From positions 13,330,001 to 13,394,000 of the forward strand of contig CM022668.1 in the NCBI GenBank assembly GCA_012295275.1: a DNA stretch of 64,000 nucleotides, given 5' to 3'. Each line of letters begins with the position of its first letter. Positions within the stretch are counted from its first letter, which is position 1. This document shows positions 28,086 to 41,648 of this stretch, piece by piece. Position numbers and translations under genes: made by a program. This DNA comes from Chrysomallon squamiferum (taxonomy: Eukaryota > Animalia > Mollusca). The notes under the pieces were generated by a model that searched no databases, was not told the DNA's origin, and was given only the letters and a program-made list of their open reading frames with translations.

Positions 28086-30116
28086 TTTATATCTTAAAGA
28101 ATATTTTAATTTTGTTGGTTAATTGAAATAATAATAATAATTATTATTATTATTATTATTATTTTAACATATCAGAGGATAAAATAAATAATTAGTTACT
28201 GTCTTATGACATCAGGTTTATCCAGCTAAGTCACAATGGTGCATCCACCATTTTATAAAACTGGTATCTTAAGACAAGAACCAGTTGTTTTTTTTTTACC
28301 CTGCAATCATACATAAAACAAAAATTAAATAAAAATTAACTGTTTTATTTCTTAATTCACAGCACTTGACAGTGGTAGATTCAAATGTACTAATTTTGTT
28401 TTTGCCTATAAAAACTCTATATGAATACAAAATAGTTCATAAGAAGAATTTATTTATCATTTTTTTAAAAATGAAAACCATTTTCAGAATATTTTCTTTA
28501 GATCTAAACCAACAATTAAACATTAAAGAAATAAGGTTGAACAATATATATATATATATAAAACAAGTAATTTACTGAAGTGAAAAATTTATGTCCTAAA
28601 ATGCTACATTTTTAGGCCAGTCATATAATCTTGCCACTTTTCATATTAACTGCAGGATAAATATATGTATATATATATATTACTGATTGCATTTGTATCA
28701 TAGTTAAGCTTCCAATTTTCCTCTCAGGAGATATTTTAAGTGGTGAAAAACACGAGGTTGACAATTCATGCGAAGAAAATTGTAACTAACAATCTTTGAA
28801 AGGTGTTGATATCTATTTTTAGGGCAGCTGTCCTGAAATTTCAATAACTGCTAACTGTATTTATATCTTCATCAAAGATGGAAAAAAAAAAAGAAAAGAC
28901 ATTGAAGTATTTTTCCACAAGATATGGGATATTTATTAGCGATAATCCAAAACTCATCAATGTTATTATTCTAGAATTTTCCGCAATAGATCTTTCTAGA
29001 ATAATGCAGAAATATTCTCCAATAACAAATCATGTACAATGTACAAATCATTACTACCACACATTATCATACGTCAGTTTCCAGTATCTGAAATATGTAT
29101 ATAATTTATGATACGTGGTTTTTGACCACTGACGTTGAACTACCCCCGGGAATTTGTATTGACCACTGGGGAGGGGTAATGACATAATCCACTCGGGCAA
29201 TCCCTAATGTAAGATATTTCAAGGGAGTTCTGTTTATTTAAATTTAAAAATAATGAATGCGTTTTCCATTTGTCGTAAGATGATTTGTCGAAGAACGTTT
29301 ATAATAGATATAAAATAGTTAAAATTTAATAAAATTATTTTCAATAAAGACATTACCAGTACACGACATTATGTATTATGTAACAGCTATGAAAACACTC
29401 TTTTCATATAGCTCAGTCAAGGTTGAAAGTACGAAACAATAACAGTAACGTGCACGCATTTGTTCATTTTAGATATTTTTTTTAATTATATAAATGATCT
29501 TAACGCTCCGTTTATTCCGCCCTTTTAACATGTATTACCGACAAAGATGAATACTCTCATATTCATAAGACACCCCTTGATCCGCCATTGTACCTCATTA
29601 TTTTATTATTATTGATTGAATTCCGCTTATTATACCAGTCACCAGTCATATTAGTATTATTTATAAATGGTGAAAAACTATATTATCCACTTAATATCAT
29701 TTACTAACGAGTAACTAATTATTTGTTATAATTCTGTTGTACATTATTTTATTTTATTTTACAATTTGACAAATTATTTTCACTCGCGCCCCCCCCCCCG
29801 TCTTCCACTTCTGACGGACTCTAAAAGCACGGCTGTTAAATGAAATGCTATCCGACAATTGTAGTAACATTAACGCACGGAAAGTAACGAAAGAATCCGA
29901 AAATATGACCTACATCGACAGGGTCTCGAATCAAAAGAATAGAAACATCTTGGCAGAACATCTTGTGTTAATTGAAAACATAATACAATACTATCGAAGT
30001 TACTAATAGTTATCTTACCGAAGCAAAACAAAACCAAAATCTTCTGAAATCTGCAGTTAAGTTAAAGAGGTAATGGCTTTACATTTTATAACTTATTTTA
30101 AAACAACTGTAAGCAT

Positions 30117-30189
30117 GGGGATGTAGCTCATATGGTAGAGCGCTCGCTTAGCATGCGAGAGGTACGGGGATCGATGCCCTGCATCTCCA
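30117..30189 (+). tRNA. tRNA-Ala(AGC): tRNA-Ala, anticodon AGC
   Basis: 73-nt cloverleaf: acceptor stem GGGGATG/CATCTCC+A with the G3:U70 alanine identity pair, anticodon arm CTCGC-TTAGCAT-GCGAG, T-loop ATCGATG, TTTT terminator just downstream. Confidence 0.97.
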
Positions 30190-30499
30190 AATATTTTGAT
30201 TTATTTACTTTTTTAAAATTATTATTAATGTATTTTTCCTTCCCAGTGCGTGTTTAAATATTATGTATCTGGTTATTATCATAATAGTTCTTTTTATTTT
30301 AACCCAAACAAAACATGCCATATAAAACATATATATAATAAATATCCGATATTTAATGTCTTTTCATTATATTATTATTATTAATTAATTAATTATTATC
30401 ATTTTAAATAATTAATGATATTATTAAAATAAAAACTATTAGGATACCGAATATCGAAATATTATTCGAGCGATGTACTGAGAAGAACTGATGTAGAAT

Positions 30500-30535
<36 letters not shown>

Positions 30536-31167
30536 TATCGAAGTGCATATAGAGGGAGATGGTAATTAACGCAACTATTATATTTACGATTTAAGATACG
30601 TATATCCACTTGTTTAATAACAGAGAAAGAAAATAAGAAACGTTTCTCTCTTGACCCGAATCTTAAAATTATATCAGTACCCTTAAAGCATCAAGGTTGT
30701 AAGAGTTGTGTGACCTTCCTTATAGTTGACCTATTCGGATATTTTTACCACGTTTCGGTAACTGCGTTATGAAAAACGAAGATCTTTTTCTTTACCAGTA
30801 GTGATCAGGAGATAAAGCTTTGCATTTGGTACGTTCAGCTTTGTAAATTAAATCTGTAAATGTTGTGATAATTTTTATTGTTGCATAAAAAATATTAGTT
30901 GTATATGCTGTATTGTATTTTATATCACTGCTTCATTTGTTATCGTTAGTGCAACGTTATCGTTTCGACGCTTTCATTTCATTTTATGATTAAATGTGTC
31001 TTAATTCCATAGCAGTGTCGTATGTGCCATTTTAGATGATCTTAGTTAATTTCAGGTTACAGTAATAAAGAAATAATAAAACAAAAAAATCAACATCAAC
31101 ATCATCAATACTGTGAGTGAATACAACAGGCCTAAATACATTGAATGTTTGTTTTGAATCTCTCTCT

Positions 31168-31217
<50 letters not shown>

Positions 31218-31938
31218 GGTTTAATTAATTATTTATTTATTTTTTTATGTCACTTTTTGTACTTTGTTATTTTGGAGTTGGATTATGTATTGTTAATTAC
31301 TGCTAGTGTATTTCAAGCTGTCGCTTTATATATATTGTGTGTGGCTGTATTAACTATTCAAAGTTTAACACGATATACATGGCAGCCTATCAGTTGCAAG
31401 CAGTGTACCACTGTCAAATTGCCATTAAAACGATTATTATTATTATCATTATTATTATCATTATTATTATTATTATAAGTTAATGGACAATACTTTGAAT
31501 ATCATTTGAAAATATACTGAAAAAATATTTAAAAAAATAAGTATGTATATAATTTTATGCAGTTGTATACTGCATGTTATTTAAGAACCCTCTATGCATG
31601 GTCTATTTGTTTCAGATCATCATTATGTTTTATTTATAGTTTGTATTGTATAAATGTGCTCAAGGCATATACTGAGTTTCATACAGTCTGTAGTCTGTGT
31701 CTGTTTATTAAAAATAATGTGTATGTGAGGAGACAATTTGTTAATTTATTAATGTGAAGAATTAAGAAGAATCAAGAATATATTTATTTCTTACAACAAA
31801 CTGTTATTACTGTTTCAGTTGTTTCAACTTTATAGTTTTATTTCAATCTCTTCTTTAAACAAAAAGCGTGCCCTTTATTTCATGTAAAATACTTCTACTA
31901 ATAATGCTAATAATATAATAATAATAGTAGTAGTAGTA

Positions 31939-32003
<65 letters not shown>

Positions 32004-32743
32004 CAGAAGAAGAAATGAATGATAATTAATGCAAAAACAATAATAATTAATAATTAAATAATTTCAGATATTTCTTATATAAGTGAATGAGAATAATAAA
32101 TAGTGAAATAATATTTCGTGCATCTCATGTGAGTTTGGAATGTAGTTTGTTGATGTACAATAGCTTTTGAATTGAACCTGGTCTGTGTTTTCCCTGGGAT
32201 ATTTTCCATTCTAACAACAGCTTCAAAACTTGTTTACCAAATGCCATAGTTAATTTGCATTACCTCTTCTGCAGGAAAGTGTGTCAAAAAAAAAAATCCC
32301 ATAAAAGAACATTTGCTGTCAATGTATTGTATTGATGCCATTTACACCCGAATTTTTCCACATGCCAGAATTGTGCCTCCTATGGAATGTTGCCTCTCAT
32401 TTTAATTTTTCAAATGATAATTGTTAAGTTCTCTGTACATTTCTGCTTTTCAAAGCATCAAAAGTTCTGTTCAGTGGTTTGGAAAGAAACTAGAGGTAAT
32501 GTTGCTTGCTGCTAACTTGAATGAGGAAGCTCATCACATTAAAAACATCAGGTTTCTGCTTTCATTACTTGTAGGGTCTTTTATAATGTATCATTATGCA
32601 TGATTATTGTATGATCATGAATTAAGAATGTGTTGAGTGTGTTGTATTTATTTATTTATTTATTTATTTATTTATTTTTCATTTCATTTTATTTTATTAA
32701 GATACTGATATAAAAGACTGATCGCTGACTAAATAAAATCTGA

Positions 32744-33296
32744 ATGTCGCTGGCCACCTCAAGAATACTTCACAAATGTCGTACAGCAGTATTCTGCATC
32801 CACAACAAGTCCTGGAACAATGGTGGCAACATCCACAACATCCAGATTGGTCGAGGTATCCACAAGACATGTCAAGGTCAACAAAGAGCAGTCACTGACC
32901 CGGAAAACAAAGGTCATCACAGTCGAGGTGTGAACTTTGACACGATTGGGTCATGGAACAACCGACTGGACATGGAAATCCTGTATGACCAGAGCGTCAA
33001 ACAAGGAATACCCATTCCCAGAATTCCTGTCGAAGAGACGGGTGTGGCGTCTGTGATTGGCAGACGAAAAGTCAACGAAGATCGATCAGTAATGAAAGAG
33101 TTGTCTCCAAGTTTGCTGTACTTAGCTGTATTTGATGGTCACGGTGGGTCGTTTGCGGTCGATTTTGTGAGCGCAAATCTTCACGAGTACGTTGCCAACT
33201 GGCTGTGGAAGACAACAGATTTGAAAGAGGTGCTGAGAAATTCCTTTCAAGACATCAACAATGTCATGACAAGACATCTAGCACATTATCACTTAG
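32744..33296 (+). CDS. PPM1K: Protein phosphatase 1K, mitochondrial (PP2Cm), coding exon 1
   Basis: Basic, acid-free N-terminus (mitochondrial transit-like), FDTIGSWNNRLD, GRRKVNEDR and AVFDGHGG PP2C motifs. Donor G|GTAAAT, phase 1. Confidence 0.95.
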
Positions 33297-33962
33297 GTAA
33301 ATTGATGTTTGTTTATGAATGTACATAGAAAGATTAAAACACACACACACAAACACACATACTGAAATTTTTATATAATTAGTGATTCTTGTTTTTTGCT
33401 CAGTAAAAGTTTACTTTGACCCCTAGTAACTAGTATATATATTAATCTTACATGGTTTGTAAACCAAGAATCATAAATTATATAAATCTTTCACAAATGT
33501 ATATGTGTGTGTGTGTGTGTGTGTGTGAACACATAAAAATACATGTACTCACATACACTTACAGAATGGTTATAATTACGTAAACTTGAGTTTATCTTTA
33601 GTAACGCTAAATGGTCCCTGATTTCCATTGTACCTGTAACACAGTTCAGTGAACTATAACAAAACTTCTGAATGAATGAATGAATGAATGTTTAACGATA
33701 TGCTAGCACACATAAAAAACAACAACAGGCTATTGTTGTAGTATATCATATTTTTATCATTTTGTTTTAATGATTGGGCAATGTTTGTTCTATCAGAAAA
33801 AAATGTCCATTACACGAAAAAACTGGCCTCATCTGTGAAAAATTATAAGCTAAAAATACCACTGAAATTTTGTAATTTCTTTTATATATAATCTTTTTTT
33901 TTACAGATACAAAAACATTTATTTTATAAATAATTTAAAAAAAAAATTCTTTTTTTTTCAAG

Positions 33963-34276
33963 ACTCGGATACTTTTAACACGGGCACTACGGCCACCGTG
34001 TGTCTGCTTCGCGACAGCACCGACCTCGTCGTGGGTCACGTCGGCGACAGTCGGGCCATTCTCTGTCGCTCGGGTCACCCGATCCGCTTGTCGCTGGATC
34101 ATCACCCCGACAACCAGGAGGAGAGTAAGCGGATCAAGGAGCACGGGGGAAAGTTGGTGACTAACAGTTTGGGGGAGCCCAAGGTGAATGGTCGACTGGC
34201 AATGACAAGAAGTCTGGGCGACTGCGAAATGAAGCAGTTTGGAGTGACTGCTAAACCCCACCTCAGATACATACAG
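33963..34276 (+). CDS. PPM1K: PPM1K coding exon 2
   Basis: TTCAAG| acceptor. Encodes GTTATVCLLRD..VGDSRAILCR..DH..VNGRLAMTRSLGD, very close to vertebrate PPM1K. Donor CAG|GTACAT, phase 0. Confidence 0.96.
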
Positions 34277-34926
34277 GTACATTTTAACATATATCTCTGT
34301 GTGAGTGTGTGTGTGTGTGTGTTTGGATGTGGTTTTTTTTGTGTGGTTGTATAGATGTAATTGAAATAATTTGGTATGATGTTAAATCTCATATTGGATC
34401 TATACAGCATTTACACACACACACACACACATATATGTATATATAAACAGTAACTGTTTTTATGTATATATGTATATATATAATATAAAACAGTACCTGT
34501 TTTAAGAAGATATAACTGAAATAATTTGGTAAGATGAAAAACCTCTTACAATATCTTACAATAAATTTCTTTTTATATAGATAGAAATTTCTGTAAAAGT
34601 AAATGTTTTGTACAGATTTAAATGAAACAGTTTATAGTAACTGCTTAACATATCATATATCTGTACAGGTAATATTTATTTATAGGTAAACGTTTTATAT
34701 ATATATAAATTAAAAAAACATATCTAGCTATACAGACAAAAATTAATACAGATAAATCTTTATATAAAGATACATACTTCAGTAGAAGTAAATGTTTTGT
34801 TTAGGTTTAAATGAATCAATTTGTAGTAACTGCTAAACCTTACATGACTATACAGGCAAAGATTAATACATATTTAAAAACTTTCTGGTGTAAAATACTG
34901 TAAGAATGTTTTTCTAAGGGATAAAA

Positions 34927-35436
34927 TTTTAATAGGTTAAACACAGCAAGAATTATGATTTTAATTTAAGATTGTTTTGAGGTTAGCAAGGATTATATTT
35001 AATTTAATGCTTTTTTTTTTTTTTAATTTAATGTCAAACAGGGCAATGATTATATTCTGCATTTATTTATTTATTTATTGTTTTTTAATTTAAGGTCAAA
35101 TATGGCAAGGATTCTATTGTAAATATAATATAATTTTAAAAAAAAAAAAAAATTTTTGTTTTTTAATTTAATGTCAAACAGGTCAATGATTATATTCTGC
35201 ATTTATTTATTTATTTTATTTATTTATTTATTTATTGTTTTTTAATTTAAGGTCAAATACACCAAGGATTCTATTGTAAATATAATTTAATTTTTTTTAT
35301 TTACTTTTTATTTTTTTTTAATTTAAGGTCAGACAGGACAATGATTATATTCTAAATTTATTTATTTATTTTATTATAATTATTTGTTTTTCTGTTTTTT
35401 TAAATTTTTAAATTTTAAGGTCAAACACGGCAAGGA
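34927..35436 (+). repeat. Tandem array of degenerate copies of the PPM1K intron 2/exon 3 junction
   Basis: TTTAATTTAA(G/T)GTCAAA(C/T)A..(G/C)CAA(G/T)GA recurs about 7 times before the true acceptor. Confidence 0.85.
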
Positions 35437-35695
35437 CGCTTTTCTTGTGCTCACCACGGATGGTCTGAGTTTCGTTCTGAGTGACCAGGAAGTGGTCGAC
35501 ATCGTTGGCAGCTGCGAAAACCCTACAGAGGCCGCCAACTTCCTCACCGACCAGGCCATGCACTTCGGCTCCGAGGACAACACCACAGCAATGGTGGTGC
35601 CGTTTGGCGCATGGGGGAAGTACAGAAGCACGACAAACACAATCCAGTACAGCTTTGGTCGTAACCTTAGCGGTAACCGATTTGCTCATGGATAG
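35420..35695 (+). CDS. PPM1K: PPM1K coding exon 3 (terminal)
   Basis: TTTAAG|GTC. Encodes FLVLTTDG, GSEDN and the PPM1K-typical VVPFGAWGKY...FGR tail. Stop TAG at 35693-35695. Confidence 0.96.
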   Translation, partial: VKHGKDAFLVLTTDGLSFVLSDQEVVDIVGSCENPTEAANFLTDQAMHFGSEDNTTAMVVPFGAWGKYRSTTNTIQYSFGRNLSGNRFAHG

Positions 35696-38600
35696 CGATT
35701 AACAAAAAAAAAAAAGCTGTGATTTTGAAACTAAACTAAACTAATACCTGTTCCACTGGGACTGCTCTAGGGTTTGCTCACACCCAGTGCAAGCCAAGCT
35801 TTTGGGGTGTGCTCACACAGAAACACACACACACACCCATACAAACAGAAATGTTGAGAACTTGACGATTGTACAGTCGAAGGTTAAACATTTTCTGAAA
35901 AATCTGAATTTTTATTTTTTCATCTTTTTTTTATTTTTTTTACGATCATAGTGAATGAGAGAAAGGCTGACAGTTCTTAATCCATATTTTCTGAACTCCA
36001 AGTGAGGGAAAATTATCAATATTTGTTTATTTGAAAATATTTTTGAATGTATCTAGCTTGTTTAACAGTATAACTTCTAACCATGGTTTAAAAAAAAAGA
36101 AAAGAAAATGTGACATCATTATTAAAAGCGATCAGCTTAGTGTGTCCTTTTAAAAACAAATTTCAATTGTAACCATTTAATAAATTATTACCGTAAAATT
36201 AAATTGCTACTCTGGTTTTTCCCAGTCACTGTACTTGTTCATTAGAGTTGCTTCAGAAACAGATCGGGCATCTACGGTAATGCCACTCATCAGAATATTA
36301 AAACTTAAAATTCCAAATTGTAATATATATGGGGTTTTTTATGTCATATATATATTGTATTTTATACTTATCAAACTGAATTTTGGATTCAGGGATTGTC
36401 AGCCTATAAAACTGTGTTCTCATATATACTGCAGTAACCAGATTTGATGACAGTGTCATTTTACCATGATTGTTTTAAGTTTAATTTACCATTCTGTAAG
36501 ATGACAATGCATTTTACATGAAACCATTTAATATTTCACCTTCTCTGAAATATATAACGGGCTTTGACTATATATATTGAGAAATAAATTTAAAAAAAAA
36601 AAAAAGGTAATAATGTTTTGAGGATTATGAATGGAGTGCATAATTATAAATAAAAAAAAAAGAAAAAAAAAAAGGCTCCTACAAGATTTTAAATTATTCT
36701 GACAAGTTCTTGCTGTACTTGAGTTTATCACAAACAAAATTTTAGGGTATTGGGTGGTTGTATACCCCACCCCACCCCCTGACTATGGACCTTGTAGTTT
36801 GGATTATCTGTTAATAGCAAGCTTTTCAGTTACACTACTTTTAACCCCTTTTTGCTGTCAAGTGGTTTTTATATGTTATCTCTTGTCAGAAACCAAAATG
36901 GACAGATAATCCAGTGATATTTTCATTGTAAACAAACATAAATAAGATTAACAGATGAAACACCAATCTGACTAAGATTTCAGACACTAATGATAAAGAG
37001 GAGTGTAAACTTACAAATTAAATGTTGGTCATTGATGTTAAAGGGGTAATGCAGTGTTGTAATAATATTTTATAAACTAAAATACTGCATGGTATGGATT
37101 TCCATTCCAAATTTTGGTCACTGCTGATTTGGGGTAAACAATCTGGATAGAATTTTGGTAACTTTCGGTTCAAGATAAACAGATAGGAGAGAATTATGGA
37201 TTTTTCTAGTTCAAGATAAATAAACTGGACACTACTGATTTCTTATGCATCAGTGGAAATTGCTAAAAAAAAAAAAAATAGAAGATATTCAGGTGTTGTA
37301 TTGGACATGAAAACATAACAATGTACATCAGAGATTTTGTTACTCAGCTGTGAATGGTCAAAATCATGTCCAATTTAATGGTCATTAAAAATACTAAAAA
37401 GGTAAAAGGTGTAAAGAAGGACAAATTAGTGACTAACTTTTGACCTCTGATTTAGCTGCTGTGATAGAAAGATTTTTTTTAATTATAAAAACATAAAATG
37501 GCATAATGTTATTTTTAATATTATTTATTGATGAAGACTGATTATATCAGTATTTGTAACAAAACAGTAGTACATACTTTGCTAAATTTGTGAGTTTGTA
37601 AATATTTATGCTTTTATTTGTTTATTTTATTTAATTATAATTATTATTTTTGTTTTTAAAGTTGTGACTGTAAACAGACCTAAGAATTGTAAGCAGCTAT
37701 TTATATTTGCATCTTAAAAGTACAGACTAATATCTTTTTAAGATTTTTCCCTTTTTTTTTTTTTTTTTTTCACTTTTTATTAGAACATTTTTATTCATGC
37801 TAAAAAATAGAGAAAATCTGGGAACATGAATTAGGCTGGTTTAGACTAGTTTAATAGTATAAAGAATAAAAAATAAAATAATTTTTCCTGTTTTCAAAAA
37901 TTAAAGAGCTCTTTAAACAAGGGAGATAAACTGACATGAAACATGTTGTCTCATACAAAATGATGGAAAACATCATCTCAATTTAATTTTTAGATTCATT
38001 ATTAGAAATGTTTTCATATTAATTTTAAAAACAATATTTCATATGTTTCAGAACATTTTAAATATTTTAAAATTATTTATAGCTATGTACTTAACTGTTT
38101 AAAAATTTTACTTATTAAACTTAAAAAAAAAAAATTCTGTATGTGATTAAATTATATGACATTAGTTTGAAAAAATAAAGTACATTGGTAAATGAAACTG
38201 ACAGAATAAATAGCATTTATTTCCATTTAATTTAATCTTTTTTTAAGGAAATTAATTTTGCATCATCTATCAGTGTATCTATAAGTGATTTACATGACAG
38301 ATTTTAAATGCATATTATTAAAAGTATTGGAAAGGAGAGAGAGAGAAAAAAGAAAAGAAAATATGTTTATAAAATCAAAATTAAACTAAAATAAGAAATT
38401 AATAAATAAATAAAAATATAAATAAAAATATTATTTTAACTGTTACTGTTTGCAATTTCAAATCGGAATTTATTAATTATTTGTATGTTAATAAAAAAAC
38501 CTGATAATAATTGTATTTTACATAAATATCACAATATATTTGTTAACAATTTTTTTGTATTTTCAAATCAGAATTTACTAATTGTTTGTATTTTAATATC

Positions 38601-39464
38601 AGAATCAGGAGTTTTTTTATGCACTGATAGAAGTTTTTAGCTTGTTTTTTAGCTAAGATACAAGAATTTTCTGAAATTTAAAAAAAAAAATATTTATATC
38701 AGAATTAGCTGGTAGTTATTTGTTTCTTTAATATCAAAATATGCTGAGCTGTTTTCAGAATTTATTGACGGGTATGTGTTTTTTTTTAATATTTTTAATC
38801 ATACAAATCAGATTTAATGTCAATATTGTAAATACAAAAATATCATAACAGTGTGCTCATTTGGCCTTCAGTTATGTAAATTAATATTATATTCAAGCAT
38901 ATCAAAAATATTTTATCTTATTCATTTAGAGGTCACTGACCCCTTTGATATTCTGAATTAAAATAAATTTACACATTTCCAACCAATTTTTTTTTGCACT
39001 TTAATGAATTTTCATTTGTCAAAATAGAATTTATCATATGTGATATTTGAAAATTATGTGTTAAAAGTAATTGTGTGTGTGTATGAATGCTTTTTAATTT
39101 TTTTTGCTGGATTAAAAAAGTAATTTTATAAGCCTGCAGTGCATAATGGAATAATTATATCATTGGCTGTCCTCCTTGTGTCATAGGCCAAGGTCATTTG
39201 TTTTTAGTTTTGTTTTATAACTACATTCTAGAAACATCTTGAAATGGCTGTTATTCTATAAAAAAAAAAAAAAAAACGAAGTAAAACAGGGGAAGCAACT
39301 CTTTTCAAGTTTTGTTGAAATATTTATATGAACATTTTGTTTTACTAATGTGCATCTTTCCATTATCAGTACTCTTGAAACTTATAAATATATAATTATT
39401 TTGTTTATGCTTGATATTCAATCAGAGGCAGTATATTTCACACACGCATGACACACGCACACAT

Positions 39465-39499
<35 letters not shown>

Positions 39500-40899
39500 C
39501 TTTCAATATATTTATGAATTAAATTTCCAAAGTATCTACTGACTGAATTCAATTTCTAGTGGAATTCTCTCTCTCTCTCTGTCTTTGTCTTTCTCTAACA
39601 TTCTCAAACTGACTGTAACATAGATTTTATATGTTTTAATAAACAGACACATTAGAAGACTTACTGCATTTTTTGAAGGAAATATTTCCAACTTAATCAT
39701 ATATAATAAATATGTTTTCCTTAAATGTAATGAAATATTGTCTTTAAAACTCCATATTTAAATTCTTGAAATCGTTTTTATCTTACTGATAGGAAATTCT
39801 TAAATTTATATTCAAAAGTATTATCTTTACAAAAATATTATCTAGTGCAGGTCACCAGAAAATGTTAATTGTTTTTGGTTTTTATTATTATTTTATTTTA
39901 AATTTTGTTGAGAATAAAGCAGATGGCTTTCAGTAATATTGTGGATTTGTTTTATGTATTTGTGATAATGATAATAATAAAAAGAGGTTGCGTTTTGAAA
40001 TATTATGAAATTATGTTATCAGTTTAGTTATATTTTACTGATTATTTTTTTTATATATATTATATTATATATATATTATATATAAAAAAATTAAAAGCAG
40101 TGACAAAGATATCACACACACACACACACAAAAACAAAATAAAAATGAACATTATAAATAAAAAAATACAAAAACAAACAAACAAAACAAAACCCACCAA
40201 CAGACAAATAATAATAATAATAATAATAATAATAATTTAAGGGAAAAAATGAAGAAAAAAGAAAAAGAAAAAAAGGAACGAAATAAAATGTATAACATAA
40301 TTAATTTATTATAAATGGAATTTAAACATGTACCTCTATAAGGATTCCCGTAATTTCATATTGTTACTATAATTTTTCTAACTTTTTGTGTATTCAAAAG
40401 AAAGAAAGAAAAACACAACAATAGAAGAGAAAAACAAAAATTATTTTATTTAATATATATATATATATAACTTTTAGTTGCGAATATTATTTTTTAAGTA
40501 ATAAAATCATTTAATAGAAATCAGCGGATATCTAGTAAAAATAGATAACAAAATTAGTACAAATAGATTACATCGTTCCCCAAGGCATGTAATATATAGC
40601 CAGCGATGAAGCTAGTACAATTAAGTCGTGACATTTCGAACTCTCAATAAAACAGATCCATTTCGTTCATTCCCCCCACGTCTGTTACTGATACTTGGTA
40701 AAATTAGTTATGCAAATATTTCTTTGCGCTAAAACACCTCTTACCCCCTAATCGTATTATCACATGATCGTTCCAGTGGTTATGTGATAACCTTATCAGT
40801 ATACGACAGAAAAGAAAAAAAAATAATAAAAAAAATGAGAAAAGAAAAAGAAAACTTACACTGATCGTAGACAAAAGGTATAAGACTATAAATCATTGC

Positions 40900-41300
40900 C
40901 GCATAAGGCAAGTAACCATCCCCCATCTGCTGCACTCCCGCCGTTATCTGACGTAGAAAATTATAACATCTGGAAAGATTCTTCGCAGACGTCTGCGCAC
41001 GTTTGCAGCGATTGGATTATTTACTGCGCTGTTCGTCTGCCGTGCGCGTGATCTGTGAAACTGGCTATTATTATTCGTAGAACTAAGTAAACGTTGAATT
41101 ATTCTATACTGGCTTTTCGTGTAGACCGGCTGACTATTTTATAGTCAAAGGAAGTTATCTGTGCAGCATCGGTGAATTTGGATATTGTATTATGAAAAAA
41201 AATCCAGAGTTAATTACAGTGTAATATTGTACGCTGAACACTGATACACGTGTTTAGCTGTTAGTCCAACTGTGCTTATACTCGGCGAAAATAATTTGTG
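40900..41300 (+). promoter_or_regulatory. CpG-rich promoter region upstream of the SMYD-like gene
   Basis: High CpG density, 14-bp palindrome CGCAGACGTCTGCG (40984-40997), reverse CCAAT box (ATTGG, 41011). Confidence 0.5.
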
Positions 41301-41648
41301 TAGTTTGGGCTAGGAAGGAATTTTCGAAAAGATAAAGTTAATGTATTTTAACTGTTGATCTAAATCTGTGCGAATTGTGTACACCTATTTTCTCTGTTCT
41401 ATTGTGAACAGAAATAGCTGTAATTATTCTTGTTATTTTATAGAGTTCTTCTTTATTTCTCGAATGACTGTTCGTTATATCTTGACTGGTAGTGTGATTA
41501 CAGCTATTTCGTGATATACTAATAGATGTATGAACCATAACCTTTCTGTTTACGCGTGCACGCCATTCCAGAGGAGGAAAATAAATAAACTGTATAGGTC
41601 TTTGGTAGACAAACTAAAATCAGTCCAGGAATAAATAATTGAAAGAAT

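Noticed and set aside
28878-29111. 77-aa ORF / possible exon near the tRNA
   Set aside because: No homology recognised and no consistent splice partners on either strand.
34927-35436. Repeat-spacer appearance suggesting a CRISPR-like array
   Set aside because: The spacers are homologous AT-rich microsatellite tracts, and the repeat is a copy of the local splice junction.
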